IMG/VR virus record: IMGVR_UViG_3300046003_005296
Location: 1 to 54,097 of that record
DNA: 54,097 bases
Strand: one strand, 5' to 3'
Origin: a virus
Lineage: Duplodnaviria; Caudoviricetes
The position numbers and the translations under genes are program-made. A model generated the notes under the pieces. The model searched no databases. It saw nothing but the letters and a program-made list of their open reading frames with translations, and was not told the origin of the DNA. Of this stretch, positions 9,915-20,545 are shown piece after piece; within the stretch, counting starts at the first letter, position 1; each line of letters opens with the position of its first letter.

Positions 9915-10871
9915 ATGAAAGCTGGACAATATGTAGCACCTATCTATCGTTTATCACTACGAGACCCTGAAACGGTGCCAAGAAGAATATCTTACTCGCA
10001 ATGGTCAATGTATGAACGATGTCCATTATCATGGAAACTTGCCTACATTGATGGTCTAGCTCCATTCCAAGCATCCATTGACACAACCTTTGGTACTGCC
10101 TTTCACGAGACATTTCAATACTTCCTCACGGTAATGTATAATGAATCTGTAAAGAAAGCAGAGAATTTAGATTTTCGTAGCATATTGCAAAATAAGCTTC
10201 GTAAAGAATACGTTAAGTGCGTAACAGAAATGGGTGGAGAACATTTTTCTAATCCATTGCAATTAGCAGAATATCTTGAAGATGGCGTTGCTATATTAGA
10301 ATGGTTTAAGAAACGCAGAGCACAATATTTTTCTTCAAAGGGCTGGGAGCTCGTAGGCATCGAATTAGATTTATGCGTTCAAGCATCAGAAAACAATCCT
10401 TCAGTTTATTGGTATGGTTTCATCGATGTTGTAATGCGTCATCCGGCAACCAATCGTATTGTGTTGTTTGATATTAAAACATCACGCTCAGGTTGGAATA
10501 AATATCAAAAATCAGATTCATTGAAATCTGCTCAATTGGTTGCATATAAAACTTATTTTTCAAAGCAATTCGGTGTACCACAAGAAAATATTGATGTTGA
10601 ATTCTTTATTGTAAAACGCAAATTGATTGAAGATTCAATGTTCCCACAAAAGCGCATTCAAAACCATCGTCCATCAGCTGGCTCCGTTACTCAAAAGAAA
10701 GTACAGCGTCAAATTGATGCGTTTGTTGAAAATTGTTTTGATGCAGAAGGTAATAAACAAGCAGACGCAGTATATCATGCATTTTCGGGCAAAGGCGATA
10801 AGAATTGCAAATATTGTCCATTTAAAACGGATTATGTAAATTGTCCGAAAGAAAATAGGATTCGAGAATAA
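9915..10871 (+). CDS. PD-(D/E)XK nuclease, Cas4/AddB-like with a probable Fe-S cluster
   Basis: ISYSQ...RCP, FGTAFHE, GFIDVV, DIKT, QLVAY, C-terminal CKYCPF...C; start refined to ATG 9915. Confidence 0.85.
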   Translation: MKAGQYVAPIYRLSLRDPETVPRRISYSQWSMYERCPLSWKLAYIDGLAPFQASIDTTFGTAFHETFQYFLTVMYNESVKKAENLDFRSILQNKLRKEYVKCVTEMGGEHFSNPLQLAEYLEDGVAILEWFKKRRAQYFSSKGWELVGIELDLCVQASENNPSVYWYGFIDVVMRHPATNRIVLFDIKTSRSGWNKYQKSDSLKSAQLVAYKTYFSKQFGVPQENIDVEFFIVKRKLIEDSMFPQKRIQNHRPSAGSVTQKKVQRQIDAFVENCFDAEGNKQADAVYHAFSGKGDKNCKYCPFKTDYVNCPKENRIRE

Positions 10872-10884
10872 TTTTTTATATAAT
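10856..10884 (+). promoter_or_regulatory. Class I promoter variant TAGGAT-N17-TATAAT
   Basis: 10856-10861 and 10879-10884, ATG at 10890. Confidence 0.55.
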
Positions 10885-10889
10885 ATATT

Positions 10890-11102
10890 ATGTTTCACCA
10901 TAAGCACATATATGTATATCAATTTGAAATGCGTAATCATTCAACTTGGCAAGGTACGCACTTTACTACGCAAGAATATACATTATGTACAAATCATGAT
11001 GGTCCGACAAGCAAAGAAAATAAAAAATTGTTAGAAGAAGCACTTCGAATAGTTTATGGATATATGCCTAAGGGCGTTAAATTTTTGTATGAAAAATTAT
11101 GA
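10890..11102 (+). CDS. Hypothetical protein
   Basis: 70 aa ORF after a promoter, ATGA overlap with the next gene. Confidence 0.7.
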   Translation: MFHHKHIYVYQFEMRNHSTWQGTHFTTQEYTLCTNHDGPTSKENKKLLEEALRIVYGYMPKGVKFLYEKL

Positions 11103-11503
11103 CACGAGTAGCAGTTATAGGAAATACAAATTGGCAGAACAAACGCAAAGTACAAGAAACATTACGTAATTTAAAACAGAAATTTGGTAATGAACTTATT
11201 GTGTTAGGCGCTGGCGGCACAGAAGGTGCAAATAGTATGGTAAGAAAATTTACTTTAGAATTTGGAATGCAATATGAAGAATATAATCCATCATTTTCAG
11301 GTTACAATGTACATTCTGCAATGCCGGAATCATATTATGGAAAATCTTATCATTTTAGTCAGCTACATCACCGTATGAAACTAATTGCAGAACGATGTGA
11401 TTATATGATTATAATGAACAATGAACCAAAATTAGATCCGGTGCTAAAAACCGCATATACAAATACGAAAAAACTAGAAAAACCAGTGGTTATACTAGGT
11501 TAA
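11099..11503 (+). CDS. SLOG-superfamily (YspA/DUF2493-like) protein
   Basis: RVAVIG, LGAGGTEGAN, IAERCDYMII, KKLEKPVVIL Rossmannoid pattern. Confidence 0.6.
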   Translation: MTRVAVIGNTNWQNKRKVQETLRNLKQKFGNELIVLGAGGTEGANSMVRKFTLEFGMQYEEYNPSFSGYNVHSAMPESYYGKSYHFSQLHHRMKLIAERCDYMIIMNNEPKLDPVLKTAYTNTKKLEKPVVILG

Positions 11504-11506
11504 TAC

Positions 11507-11515
11507 ATATTTATA
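11507..11515 (+). promoter_or_regulatory. Class II motif ATATTTATA (putative late promoter)
   Basis: Intergenic, heads the glycosylation island; recurs at 28575, 30883, 33807, 36558, 41593, 46015. Confidence 0.55.
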
Positions 11516-11545
11516 ATAAAGTTATAACAAAAGGAAAAGTTACGA

Positions 11546-13033
11546 ATGGAGTTACCAAAATTACAAAAAATTGACCCGAACAAGTCTAAAAAGAAAAAAA
11601 TTCTGTTATTAGCAGATGATTTCCGATTACCATCTGGCATCGGCACTATTAGCAAAGAAATCATTTACAATACCGTTCATCATTATGATTGGGTACAATT
11701 AGGTGCCGCATTACAACATCCAGAACATGGTAAAGGTATTGACTTATCTCAAGTAATTGCTCAAGAAACTGGAGTAGCAGATGCAAATGTTAAATTAATT
11801 CCATGGTCGGGATATGGCGATCGCAATGTTTTATTTGCACTCATCAATCAAGAACAACCAGATGCAATTTTCCACTTTACCGATCCTCGTTATTGGACAT
11901 GGTTGTATGCATTAGAGCATGAATTAAAAACTACTTATAATATTCCATTGGTTTATTATTCTATTTGGGACGATTTACCTTATCCGATGTGGAACGCACC
12001 ATTTTATGGTAGCTGTGACTTAATTATGGGAATTAGTAAGCAATCTGATAATATACACAGAGAAGTTCTTAAACAGAACGGTTTTGGCGTTGTAGATTAT
12101 GATAAACATGATTCGGCTCCGCTGGATTTAAAATGGAATGATATAGTTACAGGATATGTGCCCCATGGATTAAATCATAATAAATTCAAACCAATTAAAA
12201 TGGATGATGAATTGTATAAAAAAATGCATGATCATTTCAAAAAAGAAAATGACATTGATTTCATGGTATTTTGGAATAATCGTAATATTAGAAGGAAACA
12301 ACCGGGAGATGTTATTCTAGCATTTAAAACGTTTGTTGATTCATTACCAGAAGACCAAAAGAATAAAGTTGGATTAGTAATGCATACTCAACCAGTTGAC
12401 GACAATGGCACTGATTTAATTGCAGTAAGAGATGCAGTAGCACCCAATTGTAAAATAATCTTTTCAGAACAAAAGCTAGCAGCAGAAGAACTTAATGCAT
12501 TGTACAATGTAGCAGATGTTGTTGTCAATATTGGTAGCAACGAAGGTTGGGGTTTAAGTTCAACAGAAGCAATCTTAGCTTGTACGCCGATTATTAACAA
12601 TGTCACCGGTGGATTACAAGATCAATGCGGATTTGAAGATGAAGATGGTAATTGGCTTCGTTTTAATGGAGAATTTGCAACCAACCATACCGGTAAATTT
12701 ACAAAACATGGTCTTTGGGTAAAACCAGTATTCCCAACTAATCGTTCACTTCAAGGTTCGCCGCAAACACCATATATCTTTGATGACCGAGCTCAATTTG
12801 AAGATGTTGCTGATGCAATTAGATATTGGTATGATTTGCCATTTGCTACTAGATTCATGCATGGAATGATTGGCCGAGAATGGGCAATGCAAAATGGTTT
12901 AACTGCAGAGCAAATGGGTGAAAAAATGATTCATATGATTGATTACTTATTCAACGCCCAAAAAGAATCAAGGCCATCATATACGTTAAATAAAGTTACA
13001 AAAAACAAATACGAAAACATAGGAATAGTATAA
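11546..13033 (+). CDS. GT-B (GT4-like) glycosyltransferase
   Basis: VPHGLN, NNRNIRRK, LYNVADV, NEGWGLSSTEA, TGGLQDQ. Confidence 0.88.
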   Translation: MELPKLQKIDPNKSKKKKILLLADDFRLPSGIGTISKEIIYNTVHHYDWVQLGAALQHPEHGKGIDLSQVIAQETGVADANVKLIPWSGYGDRNVLFALINQEQPDAIFHFTDPRYWTWLYALEHELKTTYNIPLVYYSIWDDLPYPMWNAPFYGSCDLIMGISKQSDNIHREVLKQNGFGVVDYDKHDSAPLDLKWNDIVTGYVPHGLNHNKFKPIKMDDELYKKMHDHFKKENDIDFMVFWNNRNIRRKQPGDVILAFKTFVDSLPEDQKNKVGLVMHTQPVDDNGTDLIAVRDAVAPNCKIIFSEQKLAAEELNALYNVADVVVNIGSNEGWGLSSTEAILACTPIINNVTGGLQDQCGFEDEDGNWLRFNGEFATNHTGKFTKHGLWVKPVFPTNRSLQGSPQTPYIFDDRAQFEDVADAIRYWYDLPFATRFMHGMIGREWAMQNGLTAEQMGEKMIHMIDYLFNAQKESRPSYTLNKVTKNKYENIGIV

Positions 13034-13035
13034 TA

Positions 13036-14298
13036 ATGAAAAAAGTAGTTATAGCATCACCAGTAGCCACACAATCTGGATATGGTCACCACGCCAGGGA
13101 AATCATTGATAACATTATCAAACATAAATCTGAAGATTGGGATATTAAATTGATTTCTTTGCCATGGGGGCATACACCATTTACTTATCCATTAACTGAA
13201 GATATACGAAATCGAATGATACAAATTCCATTGCAATATCATCCAGATATCTGGATTCAAGTTACTGTACCAACTGAGTTTCAATCAATTGGTAAATTTA
13301 ATATTGGCGTAACAGCTGGGACAGAAGGAGATATATGTCCACCAGAATGGATAGATAAGTTAAATACAATGCAAATAGTCATTGTTCCTAGTACATTTAC
13401 TAAAGAAGTATTTGAAAATACTGCAAAACAACATAATAAAGTAATTACTGCAACAATTCATGTACTTCCAGAATATTATGATGAAACAATATATTCTGGA
13501 AACTCGAGCTCGAATTTAGATATCTTAAATCAAATTCCGGAGTCTTTTGCGTTTTTAACAGTAGGACATTGGTTGCAAGGTGCATTAGGTGAAGATCGTA
13601 AAAATATTGCAGGCGTAATTCATTGTTTTTTACATACATTTAAAAATCAAAAAGATCAGCCTGCATTGATATTAAAAACAAGTGGCGCGACATATTCGAT
13701 ACTAGATAAATACGAAATTGAAACTAAAATCAATTCTATAAAAAATATGTTTCCTAAAGATCGTTTACCTAACATATATTTATTGCACGGCGATTTAACT
13801 GATAATGAAATGAATGCATTATATAATCATTCAAAAGTTAAAGCTATGATATCATTCACTAAAGCTGAAGGGTTCGGCCGTCCATTATTAGAATTTTCAA
13901 CAACTAGTAAACCAATTATAGCACCACATTATTCAGGTCAAGCTGATTTTCTTAAAAAAGATTTTATTTGTGCCGTGCCTGGTGGATTAACTGAAATACA
14001 TCATAGTGCACAAAATGAATTTTTAATTGCAGGCTCGAAATGGTTTACGCCGGATTATGGCCAAGCATCTGCAGGATTAAAAGATATTCGTAAAAATTAC
14101 AAAAAATGGCTAGAATTAGCAAAACGACAAAAATACTTTGCAAAATCATCATTTAGTAAAGATATTGTATCTAAATTATATGAACCAATTTTAAATGAAA
14201 TTGATAAACGAACTGATGCACTTCCTAAACAAATTTCATTGAATTTACCAAATCTTAAAAAAGTTGAATTGCCTAAATTGAAAAAGGTAGATGCATGA
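13036..14298 (+). CDS. GT-B (GT4-like) glycosyltransferase
   Basis: SGYG, EDRKN, KAEGFGRPLLEF, YSGQADF. Confidence 0.88.
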   Translation: MKKVVIASPVATQSGYGHHAREIIDNIIKHKSEDWDIKLISLPWGHTPFTYPLTEDIRNRMIQIPLQYHPDIWIQVTVPTEFQSIGKFNIGVTAGTEGDICPPEWIDKLNTMQIVIVPSTFTKEVFENTAKQHNKVITATIHVLPEYYDETIYSGNSSSNLDILNQIPESFAFLTVGHWLQGALGEDRKNIAGVIHCFLHTFKNQKDQPALILKTSGATYSILDKYEIETKINSIKNMFPKDRLPNIYLLHGDLTDNEMNALYNHSKVKAMISFTKAEGFGRPLLEFSTTSKPIIAPHYSGQADFLKKDFICAVPGGLTEIHHSAQNEFLIAGSKWFTPDYGQASAGLKDIRKNYKKWLELAKRQKYFAKSSFSKDIVSKLYEPILNEIDKRTDALPKQISLNLPNLKKVELPKLKKVDA

Positions 14299-14945
14299 AA
14301 ATAAATTATGCAATAACAGTATGTAATGAGTTTGTTGAAATCCAACGGCTCATTACATTTTTATTAAAAAATAAAAGAATACAAGATGAAATAGTAGTTT
14401 TAGTTGATATGACTAAAAACGAACCAACATCTGAATTGTTAGGATATTTACATAGATTAAGTAGCAACGATTATATCCATTTATCAGAACAAAATTTTAA
14501 TAACCATTTTGCAGACTGGAAAAATTATTTAACTAGTATATGCAATGGCGATTATATTTTTCAAATTGATGCTGATGAAATACCACATGAAAAACTTTTA
14601 GAAGTTCTGCCAGAAATATTAGAAGAAAATTTTGATTGTGAAGTATTCTTAGTACCTCGAGTTAATACAGTAGAAGGTTTGACTCAAGACCATATCAATA
14701 AATGGAGATGGAATGTTAATGAACAAGGATGGGTAAATTGGCCAGATAATCAATGGCGAATTTGGAAAAACAAACCTGAAATAAAATGGATTAATAAAGT
14801 TCATGAAAAATTAGATGGATATAAAGTATGGAGTATATTACCCGAAATGGAAGAATTTGCACTTTACCATCCTAAAACAATTGAACGACAAGAAAAGCAA
14901 AACGATTTATATGAAGGTTTAGCGAATTTTATAACAATGAGTTGA
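14295..14945 (+). CDS. GT2 glycosyltransferase
   Basis: ITVCNE, FQIDADE (DxD), WPD..RIW, VHE. Confidence 0.85.
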   Translation: MKINYAITVCNEFVEIQRLITFLLKNKRIQDEIVVLVDMTKNEPTSELLGYLHRLSSNDYIHLSEQNFNNHFADWKNYLTSICNGDYIFQIDADEIPHEKLLEVLPEILEENFDCEVFLVPRVNTVEGLTQDHINKWRWNVNEQGWVNWPDNQWRIWKNKPEIKWINKVHEKLDGYKVWSILPEMEEFALYHPKTIERQEKQNDLYEGLANFITMS

Positions 14946-14947
14946 AT

Positions 14948-15790
14948 ATGATCACATTTTGTATATCTACATATAATAATTTACCATATCTTAAATTAGC
15001 TATTGATTCGGTTAGAAAAAATAGTTATTTTAAAGATGCGCCATTTATTGTGCATGCAGAAAATTGTACCGATGGAACTAATGAATGGTTATTTGAGAAT
15101 CGAGATAAATATAATTTAACTTTACTTGTAGAACCCGAAAATATTAAAGTTCGGGGCATCGGGGGTGGAATGAATATTTGTGCCGATCATGTTGAAACTG
15201 AATATATAATGTTTTTACATTCAGATTTTTATGTAACTAAAAATTGGGATAAAGCATTGTTAGATATTCACGAAAAATATCCCAATGAAAAATTATGGGT
15301 TAATTCCCACCGAGTTGAACCTGATATGTTTAACAACCCATCACAAAGGCCGGGCACTGCAATAGTTCCTAAAGAAATATTCGGAGCATATTATCATGAT
15401 TTTGACTCAGAATATTTTGAAGCGTGGGTAGAAGATTTTATTAAGATCAATAAAAATATTGAAATTCCCAAAGGCGAAGGTGTATCTGGCTTAGTTAAAA
15501 AATCAGTTTGGGATGAAGTTGGAGGTAATGATCCATTATTTTCTCCCGCATCATGGGAAGATATGGACTTATTTTTACGAATGCTTCAAAATGGCGTTAG
15601 ATTCATATTACCAACAAATTCAGTTGTATGGCATTTCGGCGCACGGGGCAGTCATAGATTAGAAGAAAATCACGGACAGTCATCAGAACGACAAAGAAAA
15701 GCTGAATATGAAAATGCTAAAAAATGGTTGGAAAAATGGAAAAAGATGCCTATATTTGATGAGTATGGAATGATAAAAGGAATAGGATAA
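14948..15790 (+). CDS. GT2 glycosyltransferase
   Basis: ISTYN, CTDGT, FLHSD, VGGND, EDMDL, VWHFG; start refined to ATG 14948. Confidence 0.85.
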   Translation: MITFCISTYNNLPYLKLAIDSVRKNSYFKDAPFIVHAENCTDGTNEWLFENRDKYNLTLLVEPENIKVRGIGGGMNICADHVETEYIMFLHSDFYVTKNWDKALLDIHEKYPNEKLWVNSHRVEPDMFNNPSQRPGTAIVPKEIFGAYYHDFDSEYFEAWVEDFIKINKNIEIPKGEGVSGLVKKSVWDEVGGNDPLFSPASWEDMDLFLRMLQNGVRFILPTNSVVWHFGARGSHRLEENHGQSSERQRKAEYENAKKWLEKWKKMPIFDEYGMIKGIG

Positions 15791-15794
15791 ATAT

Positions 15795-16655
15795 ATGGAA
15801 AGAAAAATTAAATTAATTACAAATTGCGAACGTCCGCCAAATTACTTAATGGATATTGCAATTAAATATTGGTTACGAACATTTAAAGAATCAGAATTGA
15901 TTTTTTTAGTAAATAACATATCACATTTTGATATGGTTGAATCTTTAAAAGAAAAATACAATATCAATGCAAAGCGTGTACATTCAATTGATGATATATA
16001 TGATGCAAATCAATGCGTCGTATGGGATGATTTAGAAGAATATGATTATGGATTATATCATGATAGAGAAGCCCCGATCATTAACGCAGTACAACATAAA
16101 TTATTGCAAGAAGGCGTAGATGTTGTAATATTTTTAGACCGAGATGAAATTTTATATCATCCTAATTTACGAGAAGTATTAAATACATTTCCGGAGCCAG
16201 TTATTAGACCACGCGGAATTGAAGTAATACAATATGGAAATGAAGAATCATATAATGACGAACTTCCATTATACAAACAACGTAAATATTTACGTTACTT
16301 TCCATCTAAAAGTAAAGCGTGTATAGTACGACAGCCAGTTCATTGGATGATTGGTCGCCATGGCACGTTGTGTGGCAGATGGCCGCATGCGGATGTGAAA
16401 GCACACCCTGAATTACAAACACACCCAGATGCAAATACAGATGAATATGCAGATCTTTATTTAGTTCATTTTGATAAAATTGATATTGATTTAATTTATC
16501 AACTTCGTATGGAAAGTCAATCTTTATTTAAAACTAACGATAGACATACAGGCGTAATTGATGTTGAAAAATTTAGTATGTGGTTTAATGAAGCTGCATT
16601 AAATGGTGAACTTTATGAAGATAATGATAATTTTTTAGAACGAGTAGATATATGA
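15795..16655 (+). CDS. Putative GT-A glycosyltransferase
   Basis: IFLDRDEIL (DxD), K..IV...W..GRH, LVHF; island context. Confidence 0.55.
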   Translation: MERKIKLITNCERPPNYLMDIAIKYWLRTFKESELIFLVNNISHFDMVESLKEKYNINAKRVHSIDDIYDANQCVVWDDLEEYDYGLYHDREAPIINAVQHKLLQEGVDVVIFLDRDEILYHPNLREVLNTFPEPVIRPRGIEVIQYGNEESYNDELPLYKQRKYLRYFPSKSKACIVRQPVHWMIGRHGTLCGRWPHADVKAHPELQTHPDANTDEYADLYLVHFDKIDIDLIYQLRMESQSLFKTNDRHTGVIDVEKFSMWFNEAALNGELYEDNDNFLERVDI

Positions 16656-17197
16656 TAATAACTTTAACTAAGTTCGAAGATGTTTTAATATTTTCTCCAA
16701 CAGTGCATCGCGATGATAGAGGATTTTTCCTAGAATCATTTAACAAAGAAATACAAGATGCAATATCTGATGAATTAGTACAAGATAATCATTCATTATC
16801 TAAAAAGAATGTATTTCGAGGATTACATTATCAATGGGATAAACCCATGGGTAAATTAGTTCGGGTAGTACACGGATCTGGATTAGATTTTATTGTAGAT
16901 ATCCGCAAAGATTCAAAAACATATGGTCAATATATTACTATACCGTTATCTGATCAAAATTTTAATATAGTATGGGTGCCAGGACATTATGCCCATGGTT
17001 TCTTATCATTACAAGATAATACTCAGTTAACATATAAAACATCAGCATATTATAATAGCCAAGCAGATGGTTGTATTAATCCTTTATCAGCTGAATTAAA
17101 TTTAAAATTTCCAATTGACAATTTAGATGTGATTTTATCAGATAAAGACAAACAAGCACAATCATTTACAGAATATAAACAGAATCCTAAATTTTAA
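16652..17197 (+). CDS. rmlC: dTDP-4-dehydrorhamnose 3,5-epimerase family
   Basis: DDRGFFLE, QDNHSLS, RGLHYQ, VDIRKDSKTYG, PGHYAHGF, LSDKD. Confidence 0.92.
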   Translation: MIITLTKFEDVLIFSPTVHRDDRGFFLESFNKEIQDAISDELVQDNHSLSKKNVFRGLHYQWDKPMGKLVRVVHGSGLDFIVDIRKDSKTYGQYITIPLSDQNFNIVWVPGHYAHGFLSLQDNTQLTYKTSAYYNSQADGCINPLSAELNLKFPIDNLDVILSDKDKQAQSFTEYKQNPKF

Positions 17198-17200
17198 CAT

Positions 17201-18154
17201 ATGAAAAAAATACTAGTAGCCGGCGGCGCAGGATATATCGGGTCTCGTTTTTGCAATGAATTATCAAATGACTATGATATTACTGTTATAGATTTATTTT
17301 GGTTTGGAGATCATTTAGTTGATAATATAAAAAGAATTAAAAAAGATATCGCCGAACTACGAGTAGATGATTTAAAAGATTTTGATGCTGTTGTATTTCT
17401 AGGAGGATTATCAAATGACCCAATGGCTCAATTCCGACCAGATTTAAATTTTAATGGGAATAGTTCAATACCTACGTATTTAGCATATATTTCTAAACAA
17501 GCAGGAATTAAAAGATTTATATGTGCTAGTTCATGTAGTGTATATGGATTTACTGATAATCAAACATTAACCGAAGAAGATTTTGTAAAACCAGCATACG
17601 CATATGGAATTTCAAAATTACAATGTGAAAGTGGCTTAATGATTCTAGAAGATGAAAATTTTAGACCGATCATGTTTAGAAAAGGTACCGTTGGCGGATT
17701 TTCTCCTAGGATGCGTTATGATTTAGTTGTTAACACAATGATTATGTCGGGAATTTCGAAAGGCAAAATTACGGTAAATAGTGCAAACTTATGGAGACCG
17801 TTGATTGATATACGAGATGTCATACAAGGTTATCGTTTAGCATTAGAAGCTGATTTATCAATATCGGGCGTATTTAATTTATCAGGATTTAATTTTACAA
17901 TTGGAGAATTAGGAACCATGATAACTAAAGAATTAAATGATAGAGGATATAATGTAGAATTAGAAATTTTAGAAAATCTGGATATTAGGAATTATAAAGT
18001 TAGCACTAATAAAATTGAAACTCAATTAGGATACAAACCTAGATATACGCCTGCAGATACTATTAAAGAACTATTTGAAAAAATTGATTTTTCTAAATAT
18101 GATTTTTGTACTCCAGAATTTTATAATATTGAAATCTTTAAAGAAGTAATATGA
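17201..18154 (+). CDS. NAD-dependent nucleotide-sugar epimerase/dehydratase
   Basis: GGAGYIG, ASSCSVYG, YGISK. Confidence 0.9.
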   Translation: MKKILVAGGAGYIGSRFCNELSNDYDITVIDLFWFGDHLVDNIKRIKKDIAELRVDDLKDFDAVVFLGGLSNDPMAQFRPDLNFNGNSSIPTYLAYISKQAGIKRFICASSCSVYGFTDNQTLTEEDFVKPAYAYGISKLQCESGLMILEDENFRPIMFRKGTVGGFSPRMRYDLVVNTMIMSGISKGKITVNSANLWRPLIDIRDVIQGYRLALEADLSISGVFNLSGFNFTIGELGTMITKELNDRGYNVELEILENLDIRNYKVSTNKIETQLGYKPRYTPADTIKELFEKIDFSKYDFCTPEFYNIEIFKEVI

Positions 18155-18867
18155 AAATTTTAATAACAGGCGGTTCTGGATTGTTAGGATCTAATTTAAT
18201 ATTGGAACTAAAAAATAGAAATATTGAATATGTAGCACCCGCACATGATGTATGCGATATTACCAAGTATGAACAACTAGAAACTGTTATTTCACAGATA
18301 AGACCAAATATAATTGTTCATTGCGCAGCAATTGCTAAGTTTGCAGATGTTGAAACAAACCCAATATTAGCATTAGATGCCAATATTATTGGTACTACGA
18401 ACATTACAAAAATTTGTATCAAATATAATATCAGACTCATATTCATATCAACGTCGCACGTCTTTGATGGCAAAAAAGGTATGTATGATATTAATGATCA
18501 AATTAATCCATTAACTAAATATTCTAAAACTAAAGCAGCTGGAGAATATATTGTATCATGTTATGAAAATTCTTTAAGTATTCGTACTGAATTTTGCGGC
18601 ATAGATTTTCCATTTGATACTGCATATACGGATAAATGGTCTTCAAAAGAATATGTTGATAATTTAACGCCCACCATGGTAGATGCAATTGTTAGTAATC
18701 AAACTGGCATCACACATATTGCTGGTGAACGTAAATCATTTTATGATTTTGGTTTAGAACGAAATCCAAATGTTAAGCCAGGCAGTATTAAAGAAATACA
18801 ATCAGTATCTAAAGTTCCCATTTTAGTGGATACTAGTTTGAAATGTTATAATAAATTTGGACTTTAG
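18151..18867 (+). CDS. RmlD-like nucleotide-sugar reductase
   Basis: GGSGLLG, VHCAA, ISTSHVFDG, YSKTK. Confidence 0.85.
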   Translation: MKILITGGSGLLGSNLILELKNRNIEYVAPAHDVCDITKYEQLETVISQIRPNIIVHCAAIAKFADVETNPILALDANIIGTTNITKICIKYNIRLIFISTSHVFDGKKGMYDINDQINPLTKYSKTKAAGEYIVSCYENSLSIRTEFCGIDFPFDTAYTDKWSSKEYVDNLTPTMVDAIVSNQTGITHIAGERKSFYDFGLERNPNVKPGSIKEIQSVSKVPILVDTSLKCYNKFGL

Positions 18868-18885
18868 AAAAATTTTAAATATAAT
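18857..18885 (+). promoter_or_regulatory. Class I promoter TTGGAC-N17-TATAAT inside the glycosylation island
   Basis: 18857-18862 and 18880-18885. Confidence 0.65.
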
Positions 18886-18913
18886 ATTATAAACAATAAA
18901 AAAGGTATAATAT

Positions 18914-19888
18914 ATGTTAAACTATGAAAACTTAATTGGTAGATTTGAAGAAGTGATCCAATCAAAAGAATGGTCAGAATTACAAGACAAATTTAACAAA
19001 TCTAACAACATTTACATTTTAGGCCATGGCGGCAATTTAGCAGTAGCAGATCATGCCGCGGCGGATATCACCAGATTATCAAACGGACAACGTTTAGCAC
19101 AAGCACCAGGTTCTGCAATTTTAGCAACATCACTTATTAATGATACAGATTGGGATCAATGGATGGTATCATGGATGGAAGCATTTACTAGAAACCGTAC
19201 TGAAGAACAAATTTCTCAATCATTGGTATTAGGAATTAGTTCGTCTGGTCGAAGTAAAGATATTATTAAGGCATTACAATGGGCTAATACGAGAGGATTG
19301 AATACGGCTTGTATTACATCACATGCTCTATCTGAAAAAGTAGAAAATTGCACAACGGTGGAATTAGGAGCAGAATATTATCATACTGCGGAAGTTTTAA
19401 CATTATTATTAACATACGAATTGACACATGGATCTGGCTGTGCTACTCCACCAATTAATAATAATCGTCCAGAAGAATTAAAACAATTGAATTGGAATAA
19501 AGGAATTCGTAAACATTCATATCCAGATGAGACGATTAATTTAGGTATTGATTTTGATGGCGTAATTCATAAAAATTCAAAAGGATATCATGATGGGACA
19601 ATTTATGATGAGCCAGTTGATGGAATTGAAGCTGCATTAAAAACATTATCTAAACAATATACATTAATTTGTTACACAGCAAAAGCAAAACCAGATAGAG
19701 GTTTAGTAAATGGCAAAACTGGAACACAATTGGTATGGGAATGGTTAGAAAAACATGGTTTAGATAAATATATTTCAAAAGTCACTGCAGAAAAACCTAG
19801 AGCAGTTGCATATATTGATGATAAAGCATTTCGTTTTACTGATTGGAATTCATGCATCGCCGATTTAAAAAATAATGGAGTATTGTAA
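18914..19888 (+). CDS. GmhA-like SIS sugar isomerase fused to a HAD-like phosphatase
   Basis: N-terminal GHGGNLAVADH and ISSSGRSKDI; C-terminal IDFDGVIH, TA, KP, YIDDKA. Confidence 0.8.
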   Translation: MLNYENLIGRFEEVIQSKEWSELQDKFNKSNNIYILGHGGNLAVADHAAADITRLSNGQRLAQAPGSAILATSLINDTDWDQWMVSWMEAFTRNRTEEQISQSLVLGISSSGRSKDIIKALQWANTRGLNTACITSHALSEKVENCTTVELGAEYYHTAEVLTLLLTYELTHGSGCATPPINNNRPEELKQLNWNKGIRKHSYPDETINLGIDFDGVIHKNSKGYHDGTIYDEPVDGIEAALKTLSKQYTLICYTAKAKPDRGLVNGKTGTQLVWEWLEKHGLDKYISKVTAEKPRAVAYIDDKAFRFTDWNSCIADLKNNGVL

Positions 19889-20545
19889 ATGGATATTACA
19901 ATTGTAATTCCAGCTCGAGCTGGCTCAACTAGAGTAGTAAATAAAAATTTTAAACCATTTGCAAATTCTAGTTTAATAGAAATAAAAATCAAACAAGCCA
20001 AAAAATTAGGATTACCAATAGTTATAGATTCTGATAGCAATGTGGCTAAAGACTTAGCAGCTAAGTATGGTGTTGAATATAAAAGGCGTCCGGATTTTTA
20101 TGCTAGTTCAGAATGTAATAATAGTCAATATTATGAATATTTAGGTAATAGCGTGTCTACTAAATATATAATGATACTTCAACCAACAGCTCCATTATTA
20201 AAAGATGAAACTTTAAAAAATTGTTACGAAGAATTTGAAAAAAATTGTAATCAATATGATTCTTTAGTAACTGCACTATTTGCAAAAAAACATGCATGGT
20301 ATAAAGATTCGCCAATTAATTATGATTTAGCAAATACCCCAAACTCTCAAGATCTAGATCCTATAAAATTACCAACCTTTAACGTAATGATTTCAGAAAT
20401 ATCTAGTTTGTTACGAACAAAAAATGCAATAACGAATAATTGTTTATTTTATCCAATTGAAGAAGCTGAAGGCATTGAGATTGATACTCCATTAGATTTT
20501 GAAATTGCAGAATTCTTATATGAAAGAAACCATGGCAATCAATAA
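19889..20545 (+). CDS. Acylneuraminate/nonulosonate cytidylyltransferase (NeuA-like)
   Basis: IPARAGSTRVVNKN, LQPTAPL, EIDTPLDF. Confidence 0.88.
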   Translation: MDITIVIPARAGSTRVVNKNFKPFANSSLIEIKIKQAKKLGLPIVIDSDSNVAKDLAAKYGVEYKRRPDFYASSECNNSQYYEYLGNSVSTKYIMILQPTAPLLKDETLKNCYEEFEKNCNQYDSLVTALFAKKHAWYKDSPINYDLANTPNSQDLDPIKLPTFNVMISEISSLLRTKNAITNNCLFYPIEEAEGIEIDTPLDFEIAEFLYERNHGNQ

